Notes: a model not told the origin generated them from the sequence alone. A stretch of 64,000 bases of DNA from the human T2T-CHM13v2.0 reference genome, Homo sapiens (GCF_009914755.1 NC_060934.1), one strand, 5' to 3'. Positions 14,136 to 27,235 are shown, numbered from the stretch's first letter. Program-made: numbers and translations.

Positions 14136-17100
14136 CCACGACAACCGTTTCATTGATAAGTTATTTTGAAATCACATTTGGGGGCCATCACTCACATGTA
14201 GTATGAAGCTAAATCTAGAACAACATTCATTTTGAATTCTTTGGTCTGGTACACATAAATAGTTCTTAGGATGAATCACATAGATGGAGGAGAAAGATAG
14301 ACAAAACGTTGATCTTTGGGTGATTGCATTGAGGATTCTAATCTCTACTGACGTGCTAAATGTTGGAATTGAACTAAAAAGAGTCACTAATCATATTACT
14401 TCCATAGTGAAAGTAGCAGTGTCTGCATTGTATGCTCTTTTGTTGTTTAATGCAGACTCCCTAAAAAGGCAGATTTTGGTCACTCCGAGGCTGCATTATT
14501 CTTTGTACCAACTTGGCTATCCTAAAACGAGCAAAACAAGCAAGCAGAGAATCGAGACATAGTAAATAAACATTCTTAAAACCCACATGTTCCTTTAAAC
14601 ATAAAGAAAAAAAATGACCCAGTGAGAATTGGAGGTGATTTGGGTCTGCATTCGCTCAGCTAGACCAAGCTGTTCTCACCGCCACCCCCCACCCCGCCCG
14701 ACTTTGACTTCCTTTTTATTTGTATCTTCCATTTCCTTTCCCTGGGCCAGATGTGTGGATTCCCCTGTTGTGCCCAATGACAGAGTAGACTTTTCTGGAA
14801 ACTGCCAGGACTATTTGTAATCTCCTGACTTTACAGAGGTCTCATATGCTGAGAAGGACAAATTCTGATGTTTCACAGCAACAGGAAGAGGGTTAGGGAT
14901 GTTGAGAGAAGGACAATTTGGGTGGAGTTTTCACATATGTTTCTCTTTGATGGAGAATCCAGGGCAGGGATCTGGTTTGACTGGGGCCAAGTTGTATTTC
15001 TGCTCTCTTTATTCCATGTGACTTGAGAGAGCAACCACATGAGTACAGAGTTTTAGTTTGGAGCATGACTTCCTCATCCTAGAATGCCAGAGTCGGAGAG
15101 GCCATTAAAGGTCATGTTGTCCAACTTCCCATAAAATTAATTTTAGATGAAGTCTGCAGGAGAGAGTAAGAGAGCCTCTGTTTATAGAAGAAATTGTCTC
15201 CTAGAATCTAAAACTGTCTGTTGCCCATTGGATCAACATCTATGGCCACCCAGAATTGGTGAATATTATAGAAAGAAAGTGTGGGATGGTGTTAAAGGAC
15301 ATTAGTTCAACTCGTCACCCAACGCCCAAATCCCTTGATTAGAAATGGAAAATATAAGATATATTGATGGTATTGAATTGGTATGAAATTCTGAAGGTTT
15401 TAAAATGCTGTTTATCCCCAAGACCAAAATAAGTGAATCCTAGGCTCGGCTGGTCACCTCTTCCTGCAAGGTCCTGAGGTAAGAGTATGCATCGATGCTA
15501 ATCCCTGATGGGATGAGACTTTGATATTAGCCAGGGCCTTTAGGAATACACCCCAGTAAAAACACTGATGGGCTAGGATGAATGTCACAGGAGGCTCCTT
15601 ACCTTAGTCAGCTTAGGGTAACTTAAGGGTCTATGCTAGAACAAAAGCAGGCCAAAAGGTCTGTTCTCCTTGTGGTCACCTCTAAACTCAAATTCAAGTT
15701 GCAAATCTTATCACTTCTCTGGGAGACAAGGCCTTACACACCGGTTAGCAGCAGATGAAAGCATAAAAATTAGAGTTTGTGGCCCATTGTCTGGCATAGA
15801 TGTGTAGGGGAAGTGGCAGGGGATCAGAGGGTATATGACAAGGGCAAGTGTTATCTTCTGGGACCATCCTACTTAGTTATGTGGGAGAGGAGAAAGCCCC
15901 TGAATAATGGAAGGGAATGTCCCAAGGGATATATCCTGTTGTTACTCTGGCTGTGTGGCAGAGTCGGGTAGTAAGGAATCTAGAAGGGCCACATCAACTT
16001 GTATAGGCCCAGTGATTCCAACTGTATGCACCACAGTGAAGAAAAGGTATTCTATGCTGGCCAACCCTGCTAGTATTTCTCCTCTTCCTCCTTAGGGGCT
16101 GGGTTGTTGGGCTTGGGAAAGGGTATGAATATCCCTCAGAGAACATCCCCTTGCATAGCATCTCTACCCGAAAATAGTCGTTCGGTCTCCATTTTGTTCC
16201 TGGTGTCATCTAAAATAAGGAACAACAAATAGCCAGATTCAATTTCAGCATTATGGTTTGAGCAAGGGCCTGGCTTCTAGAGTGGGGTGTGTTGAGATCG
16301 TTTTCCCACTATTTTTATTTAACTCACCAAATATATTCTGTAATTGGGCATGACCCAGCAAAATGTTCCACTCTGAAGTTTTATCATGGAGGCCAAAGAG
16401 CATGTTCAATGTCTGCCAAGTTCTCAAAGGAAATAGTAGTGGGAGGGCAGGCCCTGAGCTGGAGCTTCCCTGGTGACTACAAAAGCAATTGCAGAGGACC
16501 ACGTGATGTGGCTCCAGAGCACATGACTCAGATGTCCATTGAAAAGCTGTATTTGCTCAGGGTGATGGCTAAGAAAAATGTCTTATGCCCTTTAAGAAAA
16601 GAGTCTTGTTTTGAAGTGAGATAATCCTTCCATTTTCATAAGGTAGTTACTGAAAATAAGTGTTCATTTTCTTTGTGCAGACCAAGGAGTAGGCCTTCTG
16701 AGAAAGTTGCACTCTTATTAAAAAAAAAAAAAAAAAGGCACTATTTCAGATGAAAGCCTGAGATGCAGATTTGAGATCTTAAAACTTGAAGTAAAAGTCA
16801 GCACTCTGATGTGCCCAGCCTGTCCTTTCTACCTTCCCGTTGTTAAGAGGTGTTCTTTTCTAGCTCTTGAAGGAAGACTTTCATTCTTACCATGTCACCT
16901 CCTTCTTCCCTTCTTTTTTATTTTTTGGGGTCTGAAATAGTAATCCTGCAACACAGAACTTGTTTGGAATTCTGACTGTTTTAATCCTTGCCTTAATTTA
17001 CTGAGGTTAAGTTGAAGATAGGAAGTTGAGTGTTGGTTTTTTCAAATTGTGGTCTTAGCCGTAACTCCGACTTTGAACATTTTCGGCAGTTCCATGGATG

Positions 17101-17315
17101 TCTGCGGATGGTCAGAGTCACATTTCATTGTCTCCAAGAACTGTCATGACCCTGTCTTTAGCATTCCTTCAGGCTTCTCTTTACTACAGATCAAGAAAGT
17201 ACTTGGCAACAGTCTCCCATTAGGAGAGAGCATTCAGGGTTTTAGTTTCAACTTTTCGAAGTTTAATGCTTTTCCATTTTCTTTTCTCCGCGTCAGCCAT
17301 GGGACAAGTAACGTA

Positions 17316-17963
17316 TAGTTGATCTTCAGTATTCCCTGATTCTGTGTTTGCAAATTTGCCTGCCCACTAAAATCTGTAGCCCCCAAATCAATATTCATGA
17401 CACACTTTCTCAGTCATTCATAGTCATGCACAAAGCAGTGAAATGTTGAGTTGCCCGATGTGCATGTTTCCAGCTGAGGTTGAACAAGGTGACACTGCTT
17501 TTTCGTTGCAGCTCTCAGACTGTATGCAAATGTCTTTCCAATGGTCTATTTAGTGCTATGCTTTTCATGTGTTTGTGTTTTTTTTTGGTGATTTTGCAGT
17601 TTAAAGTGGCTGCCAAGTATTGTGCTGAAGTTCTGTATGGTATTCCTAAGCCCAAGAAGGCCATGATGTGCCCTGTAGAGAAAATCCATGTGTTAGATAA
17701 GCTTTCTTCAGGCATAAGTTATAGTGCTATGGGCCATAAGTTCGACATTAATGAGTCAACAAAATATCTTAAATAAGTTTCCTTAAACAGAAATATAGAA
17801 ACAACAAGGTTACGTCTCAATCAGTTGACAGAAATGTTGTGACCAGAGGCTTTCAGGAACCTAACTCTGTATCTTCCTTAGGAGCAATCGTTCAGTATTT
17901 GCTAATTCAGTGTTTGCAGAGACTTTATAGGGTGTAGCTGCTGCAAATGACAAGAATCAACTG
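17316..17963 (+). mobile_element. MER82 (TcMar-Tigger non-autonomous DNA transposon), essentially full-length
   Basis: Colinear with the MER82 consensus. Terminal inverted repeats tagttgatc...aatcaactg, TA target duplications at 17314-17315 and 17964-17965, and an internal transposase HTH remnant (EKIHVLDKLSSGISYSAMGHKFDINEST). Confidence 0.9.
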
Positions 17964-19842
17964 TAATCATTTACTAAGTATCAGCTGTAATGGTGAAGAT
18001 AAATATTCTAGACTTAATATGCCAGGAGGGATGTGCGTGCCTCATATGCTCTATGGACATGTTACAGTAAGGGAAATAGGAGGTGTCCCCCTCAACCTGG
18101 AACTCCTCTAACAAGCCAGATAGAAATGCATCATTTTTTAGGCCATTTCACTTGGATCGAAGCTTGTTTTCTTTCACACTCCTAGTGCTTTCAAAAAAAA
18201 AAAAAAAAACTTGGCTGTTTAATTAAAAAAAATTTGGCCTCACCGTTTTGTATATATTTGCAGTCTGAGCACCCATAGAGGGGAGTCACCCCTCTCCTCC
18301 AGACAAGGGTGGGTTGTTGAATTTTATGTGAAATCTTGACATTGCAATAAATCTCTGAACCTGAACCAGCCTGCATTGGATATTTAATACTGTTTTCATT
18401 TCCAATACTAATCAATCCTGGAAGAATGTGCTGTTATTTTTTAGTTACATGTAAACATTTAGATGAATATAAAATGGCTTATTGATAGCTTACATGCAGG
18501 CAAGTTTATTGATACTTTTGTCAAATTCTGTTTGATTGATTGATTTGGCCATCGTACTGCTATGGATATGGAATAGAACCAATATGACATTTTTATTTCC
18601 TGGCAGTGGTACCTGAGGGTGAATGGGATATGGGGAAGCTTGAGCTCTGTCTCTTGGATGAGAGCACTATCAGAGCCTGATCAGTGGAGCTCCTTTCTTT
18701 AAGGAATGACCTCAACTCTGTTTCACATCAGACACAGTTTGGAAGACCCCACAGGCCATTGCACTGTTGTATCATTCATGTGGGAAGCCCAGCTGCACAG
18801 GGGTCACAGAAATCTCCTCTATGTGACACTTCTGGCTACAGTGCATTATTTTGTTTTATTCTGATTTTTTAAGGAGGTCCCTAGTAGGCACCTTAGGAAA
18901 CTTTGAAAATATATTAAGAAGATTCGGCATTTGATGCACAGATACAAATAAGGCCATTTTCCTCAGCCTGCAAGCCCAGTCTGAGACTTTGCAACCTTTC
19001 TCTCTTCTGATTGTGAATTCCAAGTGTCAAGACAAAATAGCACTAAGAAATCAGTAAAATGTGACGGTTTTTCTCAAGCGTCTACTAAGAGCCTAGCCAG
19101 ATGCACATTTCTTATTCCTTTTGGTAAATAGATTCAGATTTGGTATGATTCAATGAACTAAAAAATATCCCCTGCTCAAAGCTTGTCTATGCCTGCTAAT
19201 TGCATGAAGCTTAACAGATCTTCCACACACGGCACCAAATAAGGGCTGGCTGGAAATCAAAACCTCCTTGCCAAGCACTTTGGATTTTCCAAAGGAACTG
19301 TAATGTTCCTGGAGATGTTTATTAATGGAAATGGGGAACTTTGTGGACCAGGGTGAAGTCCCAGAGATTGATAGCCTGTTACTAGTGTTTATTATTTTTG
19401 ACTGCAGGTTTTGAAAGCTTTTCCTCCTATCCTCCCTAAAAGGAACTTTCTCCGTCACTTGGGACTGAAAATGGGGGTGGAGTTCAACACCTCATGGAGC
19501 AATCCAAAATAGACGCACAGAATGTTAATAAGCCCAGGATTTTGCCCTCTGTTTTGTATTGCTCTGCCCCAAAATACAAAACCTAATTAGTGCATCCAGA
19601 GAAGCGTTAAATGGATTTCATGCTGTTTAATAAATGCTTTACGTGCTTTGGTGCCACTGCGAAATGTGTGGTTGAGTGAGGGTGGGAATAGGGAGAGGAA
19701 ATGGTTGCTGTAAATGCTTCCTACCAATGTCAAGCACTATAGGATGAGCATCAGAGATGCGTGTTTATAACTCAGGTGCTTCATGTTTTCACCCGAATTT
19801 TCCTCCTTTTGGCTAGCCTGTTATTTTCCTTTTGGGCTTTTG

Positions 19843-19918
19843 TTTTTTTAATTTTATTATTATTATACTTTAAGTTTTGGGGTACAACGTGCAGGTTTGT
19901 TAATATGTATACATGTGC
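19843..19918 (-). mobile_element. Young-type L1PA 3'-terminal stub (~75 bp)
   Basis: ttattattatactttaagttttggggtac-aacgtgcaggtttgtt-atatgtatacatgtgc is the reverse complement of the L1PA extreme 3' end. Confidence 0.85.
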
Positions 19919-20227
19919 TCCCAGACATCGTCTCCAAAGGCTCAACCCACAATTGTCTACACTCAGAACAATGAGAAATTGTGAGTGACAGATGTGCACT
20001 GAGTGCTCACTGGGTGATGAGCCCTGAATGGGACATGGGAATTAGAAGGTGTGGCCATTGCCTCTGGAGAGCTTATGTCCCTATGGGGAAGATAGAACAC
20101 ATAATATCCTATTTTCAAGATAGACCGTCAGTCTGGTGTTCAAAGCCTTTCATAATGTGTCCCCTATTTAGTGACTGGCCTGTGACATCTCTCCTAGAGG
20201 CTGGTCTTTATTGTCTTATATGTTGGT

Positions 20228-20555
20228 CAGTGGTTGTGAGACTTCGCTGCACAGTAGAACTGTCAGGAGAGCTTTGAAAAAGCCCCAGTGTTCACACTGC
20301 ACCCTCTATCAGTGCTTTGAGATCTTTAACCTGCATCAGGATCACCCAGAGGATATGTGGAAACACACATTTCTGGGCTTCACACCCAGCATTTCTAAGT
20401 CAGCAGGTAGAGGGCTCTAAAAATTTGTATTTCTAGAAGTTATTGCTAATGCTGCTAGTCCAAAATCACACTTGAGGAGGATTGGCCTTCATCAATTAAA
20501 TCAGAATTGCTGTGTGTCTGATGATTCCAGCATGCAGCCAAGATGGAGATCTGTG
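20228..20555. mobile_element. MER5-family hAT-Charlie MITE interrupted by a second MER5 element (20310-20484)
   Basis: Outer: cagtggttgtgagacttcgctgcaca...caattaaatcagaat...gatgattccagcatgcagccaagatggaga. Inner: cagtgctttgagatctttaacctgcatcaggatcacc...gctgctagtccaaaatcacacttgag. Confidence 0.75.
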
Positions 20556-20964
20556 TTCCACACATTCTTTAATGCATGTGGTGGAGACAGATGATCACAT
20601 ATCGTGAATGCCTCTGATTATTTTCCATGATTTAGCTATTTTTCTCTGACTAGACAGTAAAAGTCGTAATAGCAAGAACTGTGTATCTTTACCTTTTCTT
20701 GATTCTCTCAGGGTGCCCAGCCCAGGGTGGTCACACAGAAGTGTAACTTGAATAGTGTTAACCAAGGAAACGTAGAAGGGTGGATGGGAAGCATTGCAGA
20801 TACCACCAGCACTCTTCATTTCCCTACTCTCCAAAACCTCTAAGGAAAGTTCTTTCCCTCTATTTGTGGACTCTAAGATGCATTGCAGAGCTACTTTCTC
20901 TCTCCTCTTCCCTCCATAGGGGAGGGTGCATTTTCAGCATTTACTTTTAAAGAAAGCAACTGCA

Positions 20965-21150
20965 AAGAGTACTGTATTCATAGATAAAAACTGCATTCAC
21001 ATCCTGGCTCTGATGTTTCTTCTTATATGATCTTGGTGACACTACTTAACATTTTCAAGTCCCCATTTATTCATAAATAAAATACGTATAAGAACATCTC
21101 TTTCACAGACTTCTGGAAATTAAACGAGTTTGTGCTTAAAACACTTCTAA
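20965..21150 (+). mobile_element. MIR SINE
   Basis: cattcacatcctggctctg...atgatcttggtgacactacttaac...ccccatttattcataaataaaat. Confidence 0.7.
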
Positions 21151-21799
21151 GGACAATATAAAACACAAAAGGCACAGTAGGCCTTTTGTTTATAACCACA
21201 TTGTAGCAAACACACATTTTTCCTGGAAACATAATGGGAGTGCTCTTGGGTTATGGGAAGTAGCAAGGGGAGATGAGCAAATATTTGTGCCTCATCCTGA
21301 CCTCGCCATGCATGGTGTGAAATGTCTAGGTATGCCATCAAGAACCAAAGTCCTGTGTAACAGAAAATCTCCAGTGAGCCTGTCATGATGATGGAGACAA
21401 GCCTCTGTTGAACTTCACTGCCAGTGAACTCTACTAAAATGTCAGTCCTGTATTCGCATAGCCTATCAGTCAGGGAGCAGGCTATGAGCACTGAGATTTC
21501 CACAGCAACCTGTTGGTGCCTTTAGTGCATTGCTTCCAGAATGATTCCCATGAAATAAAGAGATCTAGCATTGTACTTACTGGTTCTTAGCAAATGTTCT
21601 TCCCCGTAGGTAGAGTGCCTTAACTCTAGAACCATAAATTTGTTTTCAGAATGCAACAAGATTGCATAGTTGTGTAATAAAGCTCCTGACAGAGTGTTAA
21701 AGATAGGAGGGGGAGATGGTGAACTGGGAGAGCCAGGAATCCTCATCAAACTATTATGGGAGGCTCTGCCCTCTGAGAAGAGAAGTGCTGTCTTAAGAA

Positions 21800-22335
21800 A
21801 TTTCCTTGATACTCAAAGGGTGTTTTACACAGAATCACCTAGGCTTTTGTTAAGAATGTGGACTCAGGCCGGGTACAGGGGCACACACCTATAATTCCAG
21901 AACTTTGGGAGGCCGAGGCGGGCAGGTCCTTTGAGTCCAGGAGTCCAAGGCTAGCCTGGGCAACATAGAGAAACCCCATCTCTACGAAAAATACAAAAAT
22001 CAGCCAGGTGTGATGGCATGCACCTGTAGTCCCAGCTACTTGGTGTGGCTTGAACTCCCTTGAACCAGGGAGGTCAAGGCTGCAGTGAACTGCAATTGTG
22101 CCAGAGTGAGGACCACAGAGGGAACTCTGTCTCAAAAAAAAAAAAAAAAAACCACACACACACACACACAAAAACAACAACAACCAAAAAAACCAGAATG
22201 TGAACAACAACCACCAAAAAAACCAGAATGTGAACTCAAACACTCAGACAATACCCTAGACCTTCTGAATCAGAATCTGCAATTTTTTTTTCAGGAGTCC
22301 CAGGCAATTTGTATACACTTAAATGTTTGAGGAGA
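21800..22335. mobile_element. MER5-type MITE split by an AluJ insertion
   Basis: cagaatcacctaggcttttgttaagaatg before the Alu and ccctagaccttctgaatcagaatctgcaattt...gtatacacttaaatgtttgag after it. Confidence 0.65.
21867..22224 (+). mobile_element. AluJ SINE with right-arm deletions and a compound A/(CA)n/(CAA)n tail
   Basis: Alu dimer with J-type aggtcaaggctgcagtga. TSD agaatgtggactca (21853-21866) and agaatgtgaactca (22225-22238). Confidence 0.92.
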
Positions 22336-23799
22336 AAGATAGAAGAGTCTCTTAGAACTAGACTGGGAATTAAGACACCTGACTTGGTATTCTTTTAGTT
22401 CCATCTTCACCTCAGTTTCTCCATATGAAAAAAACAGATAAGTAGAATAAGTTCCTTCCCATCAGTTGACAGGAATTGGTAGTAAAAGAATCCCCATAGA
22501 AAAGATTTAGAAGTCTAAGGTCCAGAAGAACCATCCTCTTCCTCTTCACCCAGCTCCTTTTTGTTAACATTCTTCGATGCCCAATCTCACTTCCAGCTGC
22601 TTTGGGGTTTGGCCGCTATAGCTAGATGTCTCAGCAGCTTCCAATTCCCATTATGAGAAGTTGAAATTCTCCCATAGGTACACAGTTCTTCTGGCATCCC
22701 GCACCATCTTTGCCTGTGCTGAGTGGTGTGTGGTCTGGCCTTCAAGGGAGCCGTTTCCAGCAGTACATGTGAGGAGAGGACCTGTCTCTTGGCTGCTAGG
22801 AAGCACTCCAGCCAGACAACAGCCCTCTCCAGCTACTCAGTGCCTCCCACATTGGACAACTGGGAAAGCACACAGGGAACAGTGGGGGTTGTTGAGCTCA
22901 GCGAGTGTTTCCTATAGTGCATAATTAAAGAAAACACCTGTGTAGCTGCTAAATCACTTCCCGCTGTTCCCCTGTGCAAATGCTGTGCTCAATAACCTTA
23001 CAAGTGCCTCATTCCTTCTACCCAACCGAGGCAGTGCACAGAGCCACAATGCATAAAGCTGGCAAGTTATTAGTTCAGGGCCCCTTAAAAGATCTCTTAA
23101 GATTGATTTGTTACTAGTCCATGGGGTCCCTTGGTTAGTCTGGTGGCATTTTGCTAGACTGCAGCTTCAGGGAGGCTCAGGGATGGGTAGTGGGCCTACT
23201 TTCTCCAAACTGCCCTTCTTTGATCAGCACTTCTCTGTATCCAAGGCAGTCCCGTGGAAGAGCTCTAGAGCTGCAGGAGCCAGAAAACCTTAAACCACAA
23301 CTTCAATACTGTAATTGTGGGCCAGATGCTTCCCCAGGGGAAAACAGCCAACAACAGTGAAATGAGATGCAAGTGGGACCTATGGATTTTGTTTGAAATT
23401 CAGGAAAGGGAAGTGACAATAAATCAAAAGGAAAAGCTATCATTCTAAACAGACCTCTTCCTGCTGCTGAAGTTTATGGGGTGCTTTGGTTACCACTAGG
23501 ATCTTGTGGGGCACTGGCTGCCCAAAGTGAAGAAGATAGACTCCCTTGTAGCAGCAGGTGGATTGGCAACAGGATTCAGTGTGATGACAGGCTAGCTTTG
23601 TAATTTACTTCTTCCAGGGCAAAGCAACATGGCTTTCACTGCAAGTTTTAGAGTGTTTGAGCAGATGAGTGAATGTGCCTAAGAGACCCAGTGAAGAGGA
23701 TTGCTGGATGTTGGGCGGTGGCAGGGGAGGGGGGAAGGGCTTTAAAGAAACAGAACTGAGGAGAAAGGACAGCTGCAGATTCACTCAGTCTCTTCTGCT

Positions 23800-23994
23800 T
23801 CACTGCTTTGTTCTCTTCATAGCCTTGGTCATAACTGAAATTATCTTGTCTATGAGTTTGTCCGCTTGTGTATTATGTATCTCCCCAAATAGGATGTGAA
23901 CGCTGCAAGAGCTAGACTCTTATCTAACTTGTGCAGAGCTGGATCTTCAAAACTAGTCAGTCCAGTGCCTGGCACACAGTAGGTGCAAAATAAA
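23800..23994 (+). mobile_element. L2 3' end
   Basis: taggatgtgaacgctgcaagagctagac...cagtgcctggcacacagtaggtgcaaaataaa. Confidence 0.8.
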
Positions 23995-24300
23995 TTTTTT
24001 TTTTTTTTTTTTTTTTTGTGAGATGGAGTCTTTCTGTGTCACCCAGGCTGGCATGCATTGGCGTGATCTCGGTTCACTGCACATCATCCACCTCCCGGTT
24101 CAAGCGATTATCATGCCTCAGCCTCCTGAGTAGCTGGGATTACAGGCACGAACCACCACGCCCAGCTAATTTTGTATTTTTAGTAGAGACAGGGTTTCTC
24201 CATGTTGATCAGGGTGGTCTCAAACTCCCCTCCTCAGGTCATCCGCCCGCCTCGGCCTCCCAAAGTGCTGGGATTACAGGTGTAAGCCGCTGCGCCCGGC
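23995..24300 (-). mobile_element. AluS (Sp/Sx-like) SINE
   Basis: Poly-T followed by a full reverse Alu dimer ending gcgcccggc. Inserted at the end of the L2. Confidence 0.93.
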
Positions 24301-25741
24301 AGATATTCTGAATCTTGAAGGAGGAATAGGAATTGACTCTGGGCTAAGCTGGCAGAGAAGGGTATTCCCGGAAGAGAGATGAGGATTATGATGCATAGAG
24401 GCAAGAGAACCTGGTGTGTTGGGAACTGCAATTGTAAGGTATGAGTGGACGAGTGGCGAGAGACTAGAATGGCCTGGTACCCAGTCAACATGCCTACAAC
24501 AGACGGGGCTGGGAAAAGAGCTCCTAGGTGAGGACAATTTCTCAGACATGAGAATGGCCAGGGCAGTTAGGTGAACTCTAGTACAGATGTACACACTGGA
24601 CAATTTAACTAAGAACAATTCATGTGTCTTTACAAAGGGTTATCTTTCCAGCTGTTACTTCCTCTCTTCCAGCTCATCTGTTGGCCACCTTGTTGTTTAC
24701 CCCTTTGAGTAAAAATAAGCAAAAAGCCGGAAGAATGGGGTAACCTCAAATACCTCCTTAATTTTGTTTTTTGAGCAGCTGCTTAAAATGTCTGAAACAT
24801 TTTTTGAGTTAGAAATCTGAAACAAAACAAGGCTTCCAAATGATTCATGAGTTTCCATTATTCAAGTTTCCCTCATATCTTCATCACCGTGTAGGTAATG
24901 GGTGTGAATCTCTGTGTGCTCATATACATATGCTTGATTATATGATCATCTCGTGGAGGACATGTGACACGGGAAGACAATAGGGCACATGATATGCTCT
25001 TTGATCTAAGGTAAGAGTAGCTTCTCTCTCCTCCCTGTTTCACTATGGCTTTATGGACATGTGGGCACACAGAAGAAGCAGACCGCACTGCAGAGGCTGT
25101 GCTTATAGACATAACTGCTTCTCAAGGCCACAGATAAGAGGATGGACAGGATTGAGGTAAGTCTATATTTTGGCAGACAAGAACTCTTGGTGGCCTCTCC
25201 ATTCAGTGCTAGAATGTTCCTACTATCACACCACTTAGTTGATGTTTGTGATTTCAAGTGCTCAAGTGGTCAGCTCCTCTGATACCACTCCTATGACACT
25301 AAGGGGTCACCAGGAATATTTGTGGCCATGGGCATATGAGCTCCAAGAAATAAAAGATTCATTAAGGGCTGCCATAGAGATTTTCTGGTTCTTTTGTGAC
25401 TTGAGCTGAAATTGTAAGACCTGTGTGTGTCATTTCCTTTCTGTAAGTACTCTAGTCCTCCCAGGAGCAGCCTCCTGCTCCACTGCCTTTGGAGCTATCA
25501 CTACTGCCATAAGAACCAAGGACAGTAGCTATTTGTTCCCGAGACACTTGGTGCACTATCCACAGTGACCCATAGCAATAAAGTTAATTTCAATACAACT
25601 ACCTATGACAAAGGAAAGTGAAGGATGTGTCTAAAACAACCCTGGAACCCCATCTTTGAGGATCTGTTTTGTACGACCACTCCTGGACACTAGCGTATGA
25701 GTTATTTTTCTGAGATAATTTAAGAGAATTGTTTAAGTAGG

Positions 25742-26151
25742 GTATGAGATTTCTAGGGCTTCCATAAGAAATGCCACTCGCTGGGTGACTTAAACAACAG
25801 ACATTTATTTTCTCCCAGTTCGGGAGGCTGGAAGCCTAAGATCAAGATGTTGGTGGGGTTGATTTCCTCCGAGAACCATGAGGGGAGGAGTTGTTTGTGG
25901 CCTCTCCCCTCGCCTTGTAGGTGGCTGTCTTCTCCCTGTGTCTTCACATGGTCTTCCCTCTGTGCCTGTCTGTGCCCCAATCTTTTCTTACAAGGACACC
26001 AGTTATATGGGATTAGGGCCCACCCCAATGACCTCATTTTAACTTAATTCTTTATATACACTATCTCCAATCATCAGTCACTTTCTGAGGTTCTGGGGGT
26101 TTAGAACTTCAACCTGTGAATTTTTGGTGGGGCACAGTTCAGCCTGTAACA
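25742..26151 (-). mobile_element. MLT1B/C MaLR solo LTR
   Basis: ttaaacaacagacatttattttctcccagttcgggaggctggaag...gattagggcccaccccaatgacctcattttaacttaat...cacagttcagcctgtaaca. Confidence 0.88.
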
Positions 26152-26897
<746 letters not shown>

Positions 26898-27009
26898 AAT
26901 AAGCAGCACAGATTCCTTCAGCTTCTTTTAAAAAGTCGTATCTTGCTCTGCAGCCTTGCTTTTATTACTTAGCAGCACATACGAAAAAGTCTCCAGTGTC
27001 CATCCTCTT

Positions 27010-27235
27010 CCAGCACATGAATTCTAATGGCTGCAGAGTATATTCCATCATAAGGATGTATCATCACTTACTTAACCAACTTCCTATTCTTAGCCATTCG
27101 GTGTTTTAAAATTTTGCCACTCTTATAAATAGGACTGCAACTCAATAAATCTAAGCACACATCCTTAAGTAATCCCTTAGGATTAATTTTTGAAGTGGAA
27201 TTACTAAATCAAAAAGTATGAGGATTTTTCAGGAT
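27010..27235 (-). mobile_element. L1ME 3' fragment
   Basis: taatggctgcagagtatattccatc...ttaaccaacttcctatt...gaagtggaattactaaatcaaaaagtatg. Confidence 0.7.

Noticed and set aside
15490-16210. Possible ancient LTR or other unclassified element
   Set aside because: The composition is suggestive, but I could not match termini or a consensus, so it is left uncalled.
22173-22232. CRISPR-like direct repeats
   Set aside because: Two adjacent copies with no spacer in a primate Alu tail, and no cas genes.
25073-25156. Candidate 84-nt exon (cacag|...gag|gtaagt)
   Set aside because: The donor is good, but the acceptor lacks an adjacent polypyrimidine tract, and the one open frame resembles nothing known. 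Such sites are expected by chance in 64 kb.
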